From Thalia democratica (taxonomy: Eukaryota), in assembly GCA_965202585.1 (NCBI GenBank), contig OZ241831.1, positions 2,852,001-2,916,000 on the forward strand: a stretch of 64,000 nt of DNA, read 5' to 3'. A program made the translations under genes and the position numbers. Positions 11,511-24,278 of this stretch are shown piece after piece. Position 1 is the first letter of the stretch. Every line of letters begins with the position of its first letter. The notes under the pieces were generated by a model. That model was not told where the DNA came from and ran no database searches. It saw nothing but the letters and a program-made list of their open reading frames with translations.

Positions 11511-14204
11511 ACTGATTTTAGACACTACAAACTTTACAAGCTGAAATATAATTTTATATTACTCACTGATAAAACATTGTTTAACTATTGTGTATAAAAT
11601 AGTTTTACAACTTGTAAAGCTTAAGAAATTTTTTAGTTGATTATAACTCCATGAGTTTAAATGCAAAATGTTTTGACTAACTTAAAAACGTTAGAGCCAA
11701 GTCTTTATCAGAGAAATTTTTACAATATTACAAAATATTTTTGAGTAACAAAATAAGAAATATATCTAGTTAATCTTTCATACCTGACAAAATTGTTAAG
11801 TAACTGAACTGCCTGTAAATACATTCTGATTACTGAACACGCGACAAATTCAAAATGCACAACTAATAATAAAAAATAAAATAAGTGATATTAAACAAAT
11901 AATTATTTCTTTAATGATTGTTACTGTTTGCTTCGACACTTGTGCCGCTAATGAGTCACTCTTCTGTTAAAAGTAACTACTACCTACAGCAGATTTGTAT
12001 TTAAACAGAAAATAATTGTTAGGTTATTAATTCAATTTATTTCGACAATTAAATTAAAACATGACTTTAACAATAATAAACTTATTCAGAGTTATGGTAT
12101 ATAAGGTCTAGTTATTTTATTTATGAGCAATTTTTATAAATCTTTTTTTTCTAACTTATCTGACCATAAGTTTGTTTAAGGTTTTGCAGTAAATTAGCTA
12201 CAGTTAACTTCATTAAGCCTTTTAAATTTTATAAGTTGCTTTTATTGTAGATATATAGTAATATAATTTGGTTATTTATAGTTTCTATACATATGTATAT
12301 ATATATATACAAACTACAGTTGGTAATTGTACTTTTGAAAGTTTTAAAATACATTAATAGGTGTAGTTTATTACTTTTGAAACGAAAACATAGATAAAAT
12401 AATATAAAGTAGCAAAGAGTTTAAACAATTAAATGTTATTTATTTGATACTTTTCTAAAACAAGTTTAGCTAATAAGCACACATTATATTAGTATCATTG
12501 AAACTTATTTTAAAAAGTATTAAGGCTTGTGTTTTGTTTGATAACTTTTTACAAACAACGTATAAATATCAATTTAGCACAATTAAAGTTTTAAAGTTCT
12601 ATTACCACTATGATATAAAATAATAACAACATTATTTAAACTAAACAAATTACCTTAATATTTCCAAAAAATCCAAGTAAAATTAAGTAAATTTTCTAGA
12701 TCACTGGCCGACAGCATTTTATTATTTACGGGGAAATTTTACAAGTTGCTAGCGAGATGAACTTGATAGAAAAAGAAATATTTAATGGGTCGCAGTTATT
12801 TAAAATAGATGTAGTAAACAGTATAAAAAAATAATTAAAAATGACAAAATAATTGAAAATGAATTACTAGTAATTAAGAACTGGTAAATTTATAACCTAA
12901 TTGTAATTTTTAACTACAAAAACTTTATTTTATTCTAGTATGTTTTAGGCTGAAAAGTACACCGTGGACCAAACATTTTAGTTTTTGGAAAATTAGGCAC
13001 CTGGACCGCTATTTGCCGTGTTCTGATCAGAATAGTTAATCTAAAAACACTTTATTAAAAATTAATCTAAATTTTAATACTTACCCTAGATCTTCAAGGA
13101 CTATAGTTTTTAAATTTTATACTTCGAATAGTTTATTATAAGTTATCAGTAATTGTTTAATACTCAAAAAAATTAGTTTACTTTGATAACGCTTTATTTT
13201 TAAAATATTTATTTATAAGTATTTAGAAAACTGTTTAAACTAATAACATTTGTAAACTCGGAAATAAATGAAAATTTACAAAAGCTAACCAACAAAGGAC
13301 AATTATAACTAGCAAAGAAGGTCATTTAATAAAAAGACAATTTAAAAATTGCTTTGTTATTTAAAAATATACCAAGTTTTTGTCTACTAGAATGGTTATT
13401 GTTAACATAACATATTTAAGTTATTCTAAAAAAAAATAAAGCAATATAGAATCTAAGTATTTTTCTAACTAAACTACACAACTTATATCATAAGTTGAAA
13501 ACTGCCAAACTACAACCTTTTTAAATACATATATAATCTCAAGAAATATCGTGGTCATTTTTGAAGATTTGAGTTTGAATAGTTAATAATTTTAAAATTT
13601 GTTAAATAAATTGAATATTCTTTACTCATTATGTTTATTAAAAGTTTAAGAACAGTTTGTTTTATACAACTTGATTTACTTTAAATACATTTAAGGGTTA
13701 ATAAACACCAGGCTCCAACCTGATTTTAAAGATAGAATATCAAAGAAATTCATAAAACTATAATCTTAAATAATATGGTTACAATTTTTAGTGTAATTAT
13801 ACACTCGAATGCAAGTGAACTGCTTTAGCTGAAGTTAATATTATTTTGTTTTATAAAAAATGACTTTAATCCTCGCAATAGTATCTTTAAAACATAATCA
13901 CTTTTTGTACAATTTTGTCTTGTTTAAAAATACTATTCGCTTAACTTATTTTAATATCATTTTAACAATTTAATAAAATTTATTAAGTCATAGTTCTATA
14001 AAACATTTACTATTTTGATTCTTAGAACTATACATAAGTTATCAAGACATAAGTTGTTTCTGTTTCAGTATAAGAAAATAATTTTTTTAATTAACTGTTT
14101 AAGTTATCTTATTAACAAATTGCTGCGGAAACCTCGTGCTGTTTTTAGATTTTAAAAACTTCAAGTTATGAAAATTAATTATTTGCACTTGTACAACATG
14201 TTTT

Positions 14205-14487
14205 GTGATGATGTTTTTGTCACTTTTAAGATGTTTAAACTCTTTTATGCACCCTTAATCATTTTGAAGTCACTTAAATCAATTTATGTACCAATTTAAC
14301 TATGCAGTTAATAGTTGTACTTTCTATAATCTATAACTAAGTACTGAAGCTCATAAGAGTTGAAATGCCAAACTTTGTGATTTTGCGGTTATAGTGGTAC
14401 ACAAATTGATTTAGGTGACTTTAGAATGATTAAGGGTTGCATAAAAGAGTTTAAACATCTTAAAAATGACAAAAACGTCATTATCAC
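14205..14487. mobile_element. Inverted-repeat element in serpin 3' flank, unit 4 (core inverted)
   Basis: Same arms and position as 1634-1920, but the spacer is the reverse complement (gccaaactttgtgattttgcggtt). Confidence 0.65.
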
Positions 14488-15207
14488 AAATTTGGATAAA
14501 GATTCTGGTGTTGTAGTTTAAATTCTTCACATTATGTTAGCAAAATGGAAAATGTATTAAACGATTGCACTAAATTCAAACATAATAAGTCAAAATAAGC
14601 GTGTTATTATCATAATCGTATGTTTTATACCTTTTACGCTATCTTACGTATCACTAGTAGATTTCGATAGAATTATTATATATCGTTAACTAGTAAATTT
14701 CATCAGTAAACTAATTTTTAAAACATGATTATTTCTTTTTCAAATTATGCTTTTACATAATCACTTTTTACTCAGCTAAATGTAACATCATTCTAATATT
14801 TTGAAAATATTCAGCATATACTTATTACCGTTTATTATTTTAATTCTTAGAGCTTCACACAATTTGTCATGACATTAACTTTTTGTATTGCGTAACAATA
14901 TTACCAATTTTGAAAAGTTTCTGCTTATCACAATACTTCATAAGTATTTAAATGTAACTGAGTAAAATATTTATTTACTTGCTGCTGGACCTTTTTAAAT
15001 TGTAAAAAATTAACTATTTCCATTTGGTTTCATACTAAATAAAATCTTTGTAGAGAACCTTAAGTTATTAGAAAAAATTGACATGTACACAACCAAACCT
15101 AACACTATTTATTTAACTCAAAAAAAAACCATGCATAGCAACAAACACAACTTCAAAATAAAAAAGAATAAGACAGAATGTACAATCGAAAACAATCGAA
15201 TAAAACT

Positions 15208-16329
15208 TCAATACAACGAAGTAACTTTTCCCATGAACAAAGTTTGACTTTTGTGTAATATCATTAACACAAACGGATGATCAATTGTGAAATGAATTGG
15301 CCCTTTGACTTGTATAGAAGCACAATATTTCCTACAAACTGATCTAGTTGCTGCTGCAGCTTCAGTTCCATTTTCGTTTGTCTCAATAAATGCTTTGTGG
15401 ACTGCTTCGGACACAAATAGTCCACTTGATTGCGTGGACATTGCACTAAAGTCTGCAAGACCACTATCAAAAGCGTCTTTTACTCCCAACAAACGTAAGC
15501 AATCGTTCAATTTAGCCTCATATTCAAGTTTGAACTTTGGCATTTTCAACAAGACATACTCACAATGGAATTTATTAATATCTTTGAGGTTTTCAATAGT
15601 TTCAACGTCCAGTTTTTTGATTACACTCTTTAGACCAAATTTCTCATCAGGTAAGATTATCAGCATACTAAAATCTGGTTGCTTGTAAGGAATTCTGACA
15701 CACTTGAACCCTTTCTCTTTAACTGAAATATAAGAGAGGAAACTTTCCCGTCTCATCATTTCAACAGCAGAAGTTTTATTTTCTGTACAATAGAATGGAG
15801 CTTTGTAGGTGTTACTACCTTTGAACTTGTTATACCAATCACCTTTGAAGTAGATACAACTAACAAGAACACATGCAGTTTCAGGGTCCATATCACTCAA
15901 CAAATCTTCAATTTTTCCATTAGTATAACGTGCAACCCAATCATTGATTTTAGTTTTTGATTTGTCTGCATTGTTCTTGTAGTCTAAAGATTGGATTTGG
16001 CATTTAAAAGCAGTTTTCATATCACTTCTGTACTTTGCAACCATCTGAAATGTTTCTGAGGGAAATACAGAGTTAACAAGTTCAACTTTTAAACTATTGT
16101 AATCGTAGTTCAGTACATCATTTAACGCTTTGAGCTTAGAAAGAAGTTCTTCATCTTTCACAAATCCTAGTGCTTCTTCAATCTGCTGTTTGGTTGTTCC
16201 ATTTGAGCCTAGAAGTAGCATAGAAAGAGCAAGCGAAATGCTCAGTGGTGAAAAGAAAATGTTTTCGTTTTCATCAGTGCTTTCACAGAGCTTTTCAAAG
16301 AGATTGACATCAAACGAGTTGAAATTCAT
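15208..16329 (-). CDS. Intracellular serpin copy 4, intact, 373 aa from ATG
   Basis: Uninterrupted ORF with FSPLSIS, YFKGDW breach motif, hinge ENGTEAAAAT, RCL RSVCRKYCAS and FTIDHPF. No signal peptide. First stop is TAT instead of TAA, adding one Tyr. Confidence 0.95.
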   Translation of the reverse strand: MNFNSFDVNLFEKLCESTDENENIFFSPLSISLALSMLLLGSNGTTKQQIEEALGFVKDEELLSKLKALNDVLNYDYNSLKVELVNSVFPSETFQMVAKYRSDMKTAFKCQIQSLDYKNNADKSKTKINDWVARYTNGKIEDLLSDMDPETACVLVSCIYFKGDWYNKFKGSNTYKAPFYCTENKTSAVEMMRRESFLSYISVKEKGFKCVRIPYKQPDFSMLIILPDEKFGLKSVIKKLDVETIENLKDINKFHCEYVLLKMPKFKLEYEAKLNDCLRLLGVKDAFDSGLADFSAMSTQSSGLFVSEAVHKAFIETNENGTEAAAATRSVCRKYCASIQVKGPIHFTIDHPFVLMILHKSQTLFMGKVTSLY

Positions 16330-19300
16330 ACTGATTTTAGACACTACAAACTTTACAAGCTGAAATATAATTTTATGTTACTCATTGATAAAACATTATT
16401 CAACTATTGTGTATAAAATATTTTTACAGTTTGTAGAGGTTTATAAATTTTTTAGTTGATTATAACTCCCTGAGTTTAAATGAAATTTTAATTAAAGAAT
16501 TAAATGAAATAATTTTACTGTTTATAAAGCTCAGAATTTTATTAGTTTATTATAGTGCTCCCTGAATTTTATTGCGAATTTTATTGATCAACTTAAAACC
16601 TTAGAGCCAAGTGTTTATTATAGCAATTTTCATAATACTACAAAATATTGTTTTGTAAAAACATTAGACATATATCTAGAATGTTTTTCATACCTGACTA
16701 AATTGTTAAGTAACTGAATACGTACATTCTGGTTACTTAGTTTAACACGTGACAAATTCAAAATGCACAATAAATAATCAACCATATAGTATGTGACTTA
16801 CAACAATTGTTTTGATTTTTTCAAGGTCAATGTGGATTGGTCTAACACTTTTGGCGCTAATAAGTTATATTTCGTTTTGATTGAGATAACTGCTGCAGGC
16901 AGAAGTTGTTTATATTAAACAGAAAAAATAATAATGAACGGAATAAAAAATTACTTTTTCTAGTTTTTTATTAAAGTTCATGGTTTTCATACCGTGTCCT
17001 TTAGTTTTTGTAATAAAAATCTAACAAAATAGTTTTATATCCTAAAATAAATTGGTGTTCTGGCTATGATATATAATAACTAATTTTAGTGGATAATATT
17101 TTTTAGTTTTATATGCAGAAAACATACCTTGATACTTTTCAAAATTTTTAAAGTAAAATCGCTCTAGGTAGTGAACAGTTTTACTTGAATACTGTAAATA
17201 AATCGATTGTCAAGTACTGTCACATAAACAAATAACATTTTTAGAAATTTAAAAAACTCAAATAATTCATTAAAACACTTATAGAGAAAAGAGTTCAGAA
17301 CAAGCCGTTAATGTTTTTGTTAACAGATGTTTTTTTACGATATCTATAGTGTTATGATAAACATTTAATGTAACATTATCTTTAAATAAACTTAACTATT
17401 TTTTAAGATATTTCATTAGAAAAGACATTTTAGATTATAATTATAAGTCCAAATGAGTTTACTCCGAAATTTGAGAGAGAGTTATTCAATTGAAGTTCAA
17501 CGTATATGTACCCAAACTATAACACACTATACTATACTTTTTTTTTATAAAATTATTTTTGTTTTACTTGTCATTTAACCTTAATATTTTTCTTAAATAA
17601 AATGGGATAACAAGTGATTATAAAAGTTCTAAAATGGTCTCTTTTCACAGGTTTATTTGTTTTTATGAACTATGTAAGGTAAGATCGACTCCTTAGCCTG
17701 TCGTTATGCTACAAGTGGCTGACTAGTTTGGAGGAAAAATATGTTTATTGTTGCAAGTCTTTTGTTAAACGGTAGATCAAGACATCAAAACCTTAAGCTT
17801 AAAATTAAAGACACTGATTAAAAAAGTAAAAAGTAAAAAAGTTAGAATAAAGATAAAACATGTTTTAATTTATCTTTAAATTTTTATATTAACATAAAAA
17901 GCAAACTTTTAACAAACAAACTTATACTTATTATTTTATTTACTCTTTGATGTAGCAAGTTTTGTTTAAAATTTGTTTTTTCACCTCCTTAAAATCAATT
18001 TTAGCATTATTACTTTCAATGATCTGTGAGATCTCACAATGATAGTTAAAGAAATTTCAACTTTAACATCAACTTTTAGCTTCTCACCAATATAAAATAT
18101 TCTCTGCAAAACATGGGAAAAAACATACTGGAACAATTAAATCATTTCAAAGATTCTTGTGCAAGAGTAAAACATTTAGAAAAAATTAAGTTTACTGTAA
18201 ATAGATTAACAAAAATCAGAAATGAGTTTAGTACTAATAAATGCATAGACTAAAGTGAAAAATATAGTATTTGATACAATAGAGAACAACTTACGATAAA
18301 AAATAATGCCTAAACAACTTTATGTTTATTAAAAAACTGAAAACAGTGAAGCAATGTAACACATGTGTTCTAAAAAAAATACAGCTGTTTCAATGAGTTA
18401 AGAAATTAGTTTTGTACAAAATAAATTAAAAAATTTACTGATTGAAAGCAGACTGAACATATACTAAGCTAAAAAAATAAATAGTAAAACTCATTACTTT
18501 TAAATAGAAAAAATAAGTCAGTTATATAACTATAAATTAATATTAATTTCATACTTGTTTTAAAACAAGTATAGTAAAAAACACATGTTTTTAAAATATG
18601 TCCTCAAAAGTTATTCTAATAATATTTTTTTGGATTTATATTTTTTTTTAACTTTCAAAGAGTTAAAAACAAAATAAAATAGTCTATTTTGCAAAAAAAA
18701 GTTTGAATATACTTTACATACTCTAAAATAATAGCAATATTTTTTAATTAAACAGATTAGTTTAAAATTTCTATGATTAGTAAAAGTAAAGAATTTTTGT
18801 AGATCACTGGTCGGCGTTATTTTACAATTTACTGAAAAGTTTCGCAAGTTCTTAGCAACACGCTTTTTTTAAAAAAACTTCTTTCATAAGTCGCAGTTAT
18901 TTGAAAAAGATGAAGTTAACAATATAAGAAAACAATTAAAAAAAAAATAAAACGATAAAAATAATTTTTAGTAATTACTAACTGATAAACTCACAAACTA
19001 ATTGTGAGTATTACTACAAAAACCTTATTTTATTTTGTTTATAAAAAAATTTTAGCAGTAAAGTACATCTTAAGCCAGGCATTTTTATTTTTCAAAATTT
19101 CGGCTTCTGGACTTCTGCTTGCCGTCTTCTGTTATAGATAGTTAAAACAAAAAAAAATTATACCCTAAGACAAGTTAGTTTTTATACATCCAATAATATA
19201 TAAGAATTATAAAAATTGCACATAGGTTGAAAACAAGATCTTATGCACCATATCTATCAACAAATTTATAATTGTAAAGTCATGTTTTGATTTAAATGTC

Positions 19301-19842
19301 AAAATAAACTAAAGTAACAAGCTAACAGTTCTTTTCTTTTTAAACATGAAGCTTCTGTAGGTAGTAGTTACCTTTAAAAGAACAGTGACTCATTAGCGCC
19401 ACAAGTGTCAAAACAAAAAATAGCAAGCATTGAAGAACTAATTATTTCTTTAGTATCACTTATTTTATTATTGATTTATAATTATTCAAATATAGATTTT
19501 GTTACGTGTTTAACTAAGTAGTAAAAATTCGCTTCTAAGCATTGCTGCATTGTTCTAACACTTATATCAATTATTTAAACTCGAATTATTTTTAAGTTTA
19601 AACTGTACAAACATTCATGCTACTTAAAAATACAACTTAATATTATAACTAAAACAGAGCTTTAATAAACATTTAGTTATATGTAAAGTTAAAAAAATTA
19701 ATTTAAGCAAATAAGTAGAGTAATAGTTTCCTAGGCTTTTACAAACTTTTAAAACTTTTTGAAATAAATTAGTTAGATAATATTAATTATTCATGAGTAA
19801 CATTAAAAATTTTTAGGTTGTAAAGTTTGTTTTTAAATCAGT

Positions 19843-20961
19843 ATGAATTTCAATTCGTTTGATGTCAATCTGTTTGAAAAGCTCTGTGAAATCACTGATG
19901 AAAACGAAAACATTTTCTTTTCACCACTGAGCATTTCGCTTGCTCTTTCTATGCTACTTCTAGGTTCAAATGGAACAACCAAGCAGCAGATTGAAGAAGC
20001 ACTAGGATTTGTGAAAGACGAAGAACTTCTTTCTAAGCTCAAAGCGTTAAATGATGTACTTAACTACGATTCTAATAGTTTAAAAGTTGAACTTGCTAAC
20101 TCTGTCTTTCCCTCAGAAACATTTACAATGGATGCAAAATACAAGAATGATATGAAAACTGCTTTTAAATGCCAAATCCAATCTTTAGACTACAAAAACA
20201 ATACAGACAATTCTAAAAATAAAATCAATGATTGGGTTGCACATTATACTAATGGAAAAATTAAAAACTTGTTTAGGAAATTGTTTCCTGAAACTTCATG
20301 TGTTCTAGTTAGTTGTATCTACTTCAAAGGTGATTGGTATAAAAAATTCGAACGTTGTAACACTTACAAATTATCATTCTATTGTACAGAAAACAAAACT
20401 TCTACTGTTCAAATGATGAGACGGGAAAGTTATTACTCTTACATTTCAGTTGATGAAAAAGGTTTCAAGTGTGTCAGAATTCCTTACAAGCAACCAGAGT
20501 TTAGTATGCTGATAATTTTACCTGATGAAAAGTTTGGATTGAAAAGTGTAATCAAAAAACTGGATGTTGATACTATTGAAAACCTCAAAGATGTTAACAA
20601 GTTCCATGATGAATATGTTTTGCTAACAATTCCAAAGCTCAAACTTGAGTATAAAACTAAATTGAACAAATGCTTACATTTGTTGGGAGTAAAAGACGCT
20701 TTTGATAGTGGTCTTGCAGATTTTAGTGCAATGTCCACGCAATCAACAGGACTATTTGTGTCCGAAGCAGTCCACAAAGCGTTTTTTGAGACGAATGAAA
20801 ATGGAACTGAAGCTGCTGCTGCAACTGGATCAACTTCTGTTGACATTTGTATCTCTTCATCAGAAGAAGAGTTAATACCCTTTACAGTTAATCATCCGTT
20901 TGTGTTGATGATTTTGTTCAAAAATCAAACTTTGTTCATGGGAAAAGTTACTTCGTTGTAA
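19843..20961 (+). CDS. Intracellular serpin copy 5, intact, 372 aa, inverted relative to the array
   Basis: Uninterrupted ORF with all serpin motifs; RCL GSTSVDICISS; splice acceptor tttttag ending at 19816. Confidence 0.95.
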   Translation: MNFNSFDVNLFEKLCEITDENENIFFSPLSISLALSMLLLGSNGTTKQQIEEALGFVKDEELLSKLKALNDVLNYDSNSLKVELANSVFPSETFTMDAKYKNDMKTAFKCQIQSLDYKNNTDNSKNKINDWVAHYTNGKIKNLFRKLFPETSCVLVSCIYFKGDWYKKFERCNTYKLSFYCTENKTSTVQMMRRESYYSYISVDEKGFKCVRIPYKQPEFSMLIILPDEKFGLKSVIKKLDVDTIENLKDVNKFHDEYVLLTIPKLKLEYKTKLNKCLHLLGVKDAFDSGLADFSAMSTQSTGLFVSEAVHKAFFETNENGTEAAAATGSTSVDICISSSEEELIPFTVNHPFVLMILFKNQTLFMGKVTSL

Positions 20962-22279
20962 TGAAGTTTTAATCGATTGTTTTCGTTTGTACATCCTGTT
21001 TTATTCTTTTTTATAATGAAGTTTTGTTTGATGTTTGCATAGTTTTTGTTGAGTTTAATAAATATTAAGTTTTGTTGTGTAAATGTTAATTTTTGTTAAA
21101 TAAAGTAAGATTCGTAAACAATATAATTTAAAAGGGTTTAGCAGCAAGTAAATAGATATTCTGCTCAGTTACTTTTAAATACTTTTGAAGTAGTGTGATA
21201 AGTAGGAACGTTTCAAAATTAATTGGTTATATTTATACGCAATACAAACAACTAGTGTCATAACTTTTTATGTAGTTCTAAGATTAAAATAATATACGTT
21301 ATGTATTTCTAATATAAACTGAATTTTTATCTAAAATTCAAAGTGATGTTAAATTTAGCTAACTTTAAGTCATGATGAAAAATCATTAGTAGACAAAGAA
21401 TTTATCATGTTTAAACTAAGTTACAAATGTTATTAACTAGTTAATGGTATATAGTTATTTTTTGTAGTCTATAAGCGACACGTAAGAGATAATAAACATA
21501 CGATTACGATAATAACACGCTTAATTTGACTAGAACGTTTTGCTTTAAATAATAACAACATTATTTAAACTATACAAATTAACTTAATATTTCCAAAAAA
21601 TCCAAGTAAAATTAAGTAATTTTCTAGATCACTGGCCTAAAGCATTTTATGATTTACGGGAAAATTTTACAAGCTGCTAGCGAGATGCTCAAAGCAGAAA
21701 AAATATTTCACAGGTCGCAGTTATTTTAAAAACAGATGTAGTAAACAGTATGAAAAAAAAACTTTAAACAAAAATAACAATATAAGCGAAAATGAATCAC
21801 TAGTAGCTAATAACTGATAAATTTACAAAGTAATTGTAATTTTTAACTACAAAAACTTTATTTTATTCTAGTATGTTTTTAGCTGAAAAGTACATCGTGG
21901 ACCAAACATTTTAGTTTTTGGAAAATTAGGCACCTGGACCGCTATTTGCCGTGTTCTGATTAGAATAGTTAATCTAAAAACACTTTAATAAAAATTAATC
22001 TAAATTTTAATACTTACCCTAGATCTTCAAGGACTATAGTTTTTAAATTTTATACTTCGAATAGTTTATAATAAGTTATCAGTAGTTGTTTAATACTGAA
22101 AAATTAGTTTACTTTGTTAAAGCTTTATCTTTAAAATATTTATGTATAAGTATTTAGAAAACTGTTTAAAAAAATAACATGTTAAAATACATAGTTGGCC
22201 GGATATGGGTTCTGGACTTCTGTTTGCAGTCTTCTAAAAAATATACTTCAAGAAAAGTTTATTTATACTTACCCTAGAT

Positions 22280-22622
22280 CAGGGGTCGGCAAACTGCGGC
22301 CCGCGGGGTAAATGCGGCCCTCTAAGTCAAACTTTGCGGACCTCAAAAGTAATCAGCAAAAAATATACATTTTAAATACAATAAAAACTCTATTTTTTGT
22401 GAAAAAAAACTTACATTTAGGCTCTTAATTCAATAAGTACTCTTTATTAATTGTCTAATATTGCTTAATTTGTTATACTTTTGATCTTATATAATATTTA
22501 TCAACTGATTACTAGAATATTTTTTAGATAAATTAGGCCCTAAAGGTTTTTTAAATAGTGCGGCCCGCAAGCAAATTATTTTAAGAAAATTGGCCCGTTA
22601 GTCACAAAAAGCTGCAGACCCT
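22280..22622. mobile_element. hAT/Charlie-like MITE
   Basis: Left end CAGGGGTCGGCAAACTGCGGCCCGCGG, internal GCGGCCCG repeats and a degenerate right end (gctgcagaccct). Flanked by ccctagat / ccctagac, resembling an 8-bp CTAG-centred target. Absent from homologous spacers. Confidence 0.65.
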
Positions 22623-23228
22623 AGACCTTTATTCTATATCGTTTTAAATTAAACATTGAACAGTTTATAATAAGATATTAGTTGGATAATTATAAAAATA
22701 GCTATATTTTTAAAGTATTTGTTTACAAGTAATTAGCTAACTGGTTAAGTAAGTAACACGAGTAAAGTGTAAACTTAATCTGAATCTCAAATAATATGGT
22801 TACAATTTGTTAGTGTAATTATACAATCGAGTATAAGTGAACTGCTATAGCTGATGTTAATATTATTTTTTATAAAAAATAACTTAAACTCCGCAATAGT
22901 ATCTTTAAAACATGATCATTTTTTTGTTCAAAACTGTGTTTTTAAAAAATACTATTCGCTTAACTTTTTATAACATCATTTTAACAATTTGATAAAATAT
23001 ATTATATCATAGTTGTATATAACATTTACTATTTTAATTCTCAGAGCTTTACATAAGTTATCAATACTCAAGTTGTTTCTATTACCTTTCAATATAAGCA
23101 AATAATTTTTAAAAATTAACTGTTTAAGTTGTCTTATTAACAAATTGCTGCGGAAACCTCGTGCTGTTTTAGATTTTTAAAACTTTAAGTTATGAAATTC
23201 AATTATTTACACTTGTAAAATATGTTTC

Positions 23229-23515
23229 GTGATAATGATGTTTTTGTCATTTCTAAGATGTTAAAACTCTTTTATGCAACCCTAAATCATTCTGAAGTTT
23301 TTTAAATCAATTTATGTACCACTATAACCGCAAAATCACAAAGTTTGGTATCTAAACTGTTATGAGTTTCAGTACTTAGTTATAGACTATAGAAAGTACT
23401 ACTATAAACTGCATAGTTATATTGGTACATAAATTGATTTAGGTGACTTCAGAATGATTAAGGGTAGCATAAAAGAGTTTAAACAACTTAAAATTGACAA
23501 AAACATCATTATCAC
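23229..23515. mobile_element. Inverted-repeat element in serpin 3' flank, unit 6
   Basis: Homologous to 1634-1920, with the core in the same orientation as unit 1. Confidence 0.65.
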
Positions 23516-24278
23516 AAATTCGGATAAAGATTCTGGTGTTGTAGTTTAAATTCTTTACATTATTAGTGAAATGGAAAATGTATTAATCGTTTGCATTAAA
23601 TTCAATCATATAGGTTATGTTTTTGCAATGTTTATTGTCAGTGGTTAACAAGTATAAGGTATAAGTCAAATTAAGCGTGTTATTACCATAATCGTATGTT
23701 TTATATCTTATACGCTATCTTACGTATCACTAGTAGACTTCAATAAAATCATTATATATCGTTAACTAGTAAATACTATCATTAACTTATGATTGTTTTT
23801 TATCTAAGTAAATTTTTTCATAATTATTTAATACTTAATTAAATGTATCAAATTAGTATTTTCTTAAAATTTAGTATATACAAGCAGTATATAACGTAAA
23901 TTATTTTTATTCTTAGAGCTTCACACAATTTGTCATGACATTAGCTGTTTATATTGCGTATCAATATTACCAATTAATTTTGAAAATTTCCTGCTTATTA
24001 CACTACTTCTACGGTATTTAAATCTATCTGAGTAAAACATCTATTTACTTGCTGCTGAACTCTTTAAAATTGTAAAAAATAGCTAATTCCATTTGGTTTT
24101 ATACTAAACAAGATTATTGTTAAGATATCTTAATTTATCAAAAAATATTAACATTTACACAATCCAACGTAAACTATTTATTAAACTCAACGAAAATCAT
24201 GCATAACATCAAACACAACTTCATAATAAAAAAGAATACTACGGGATGTACAAACGAAAGCAATCGATCATAACTTCA

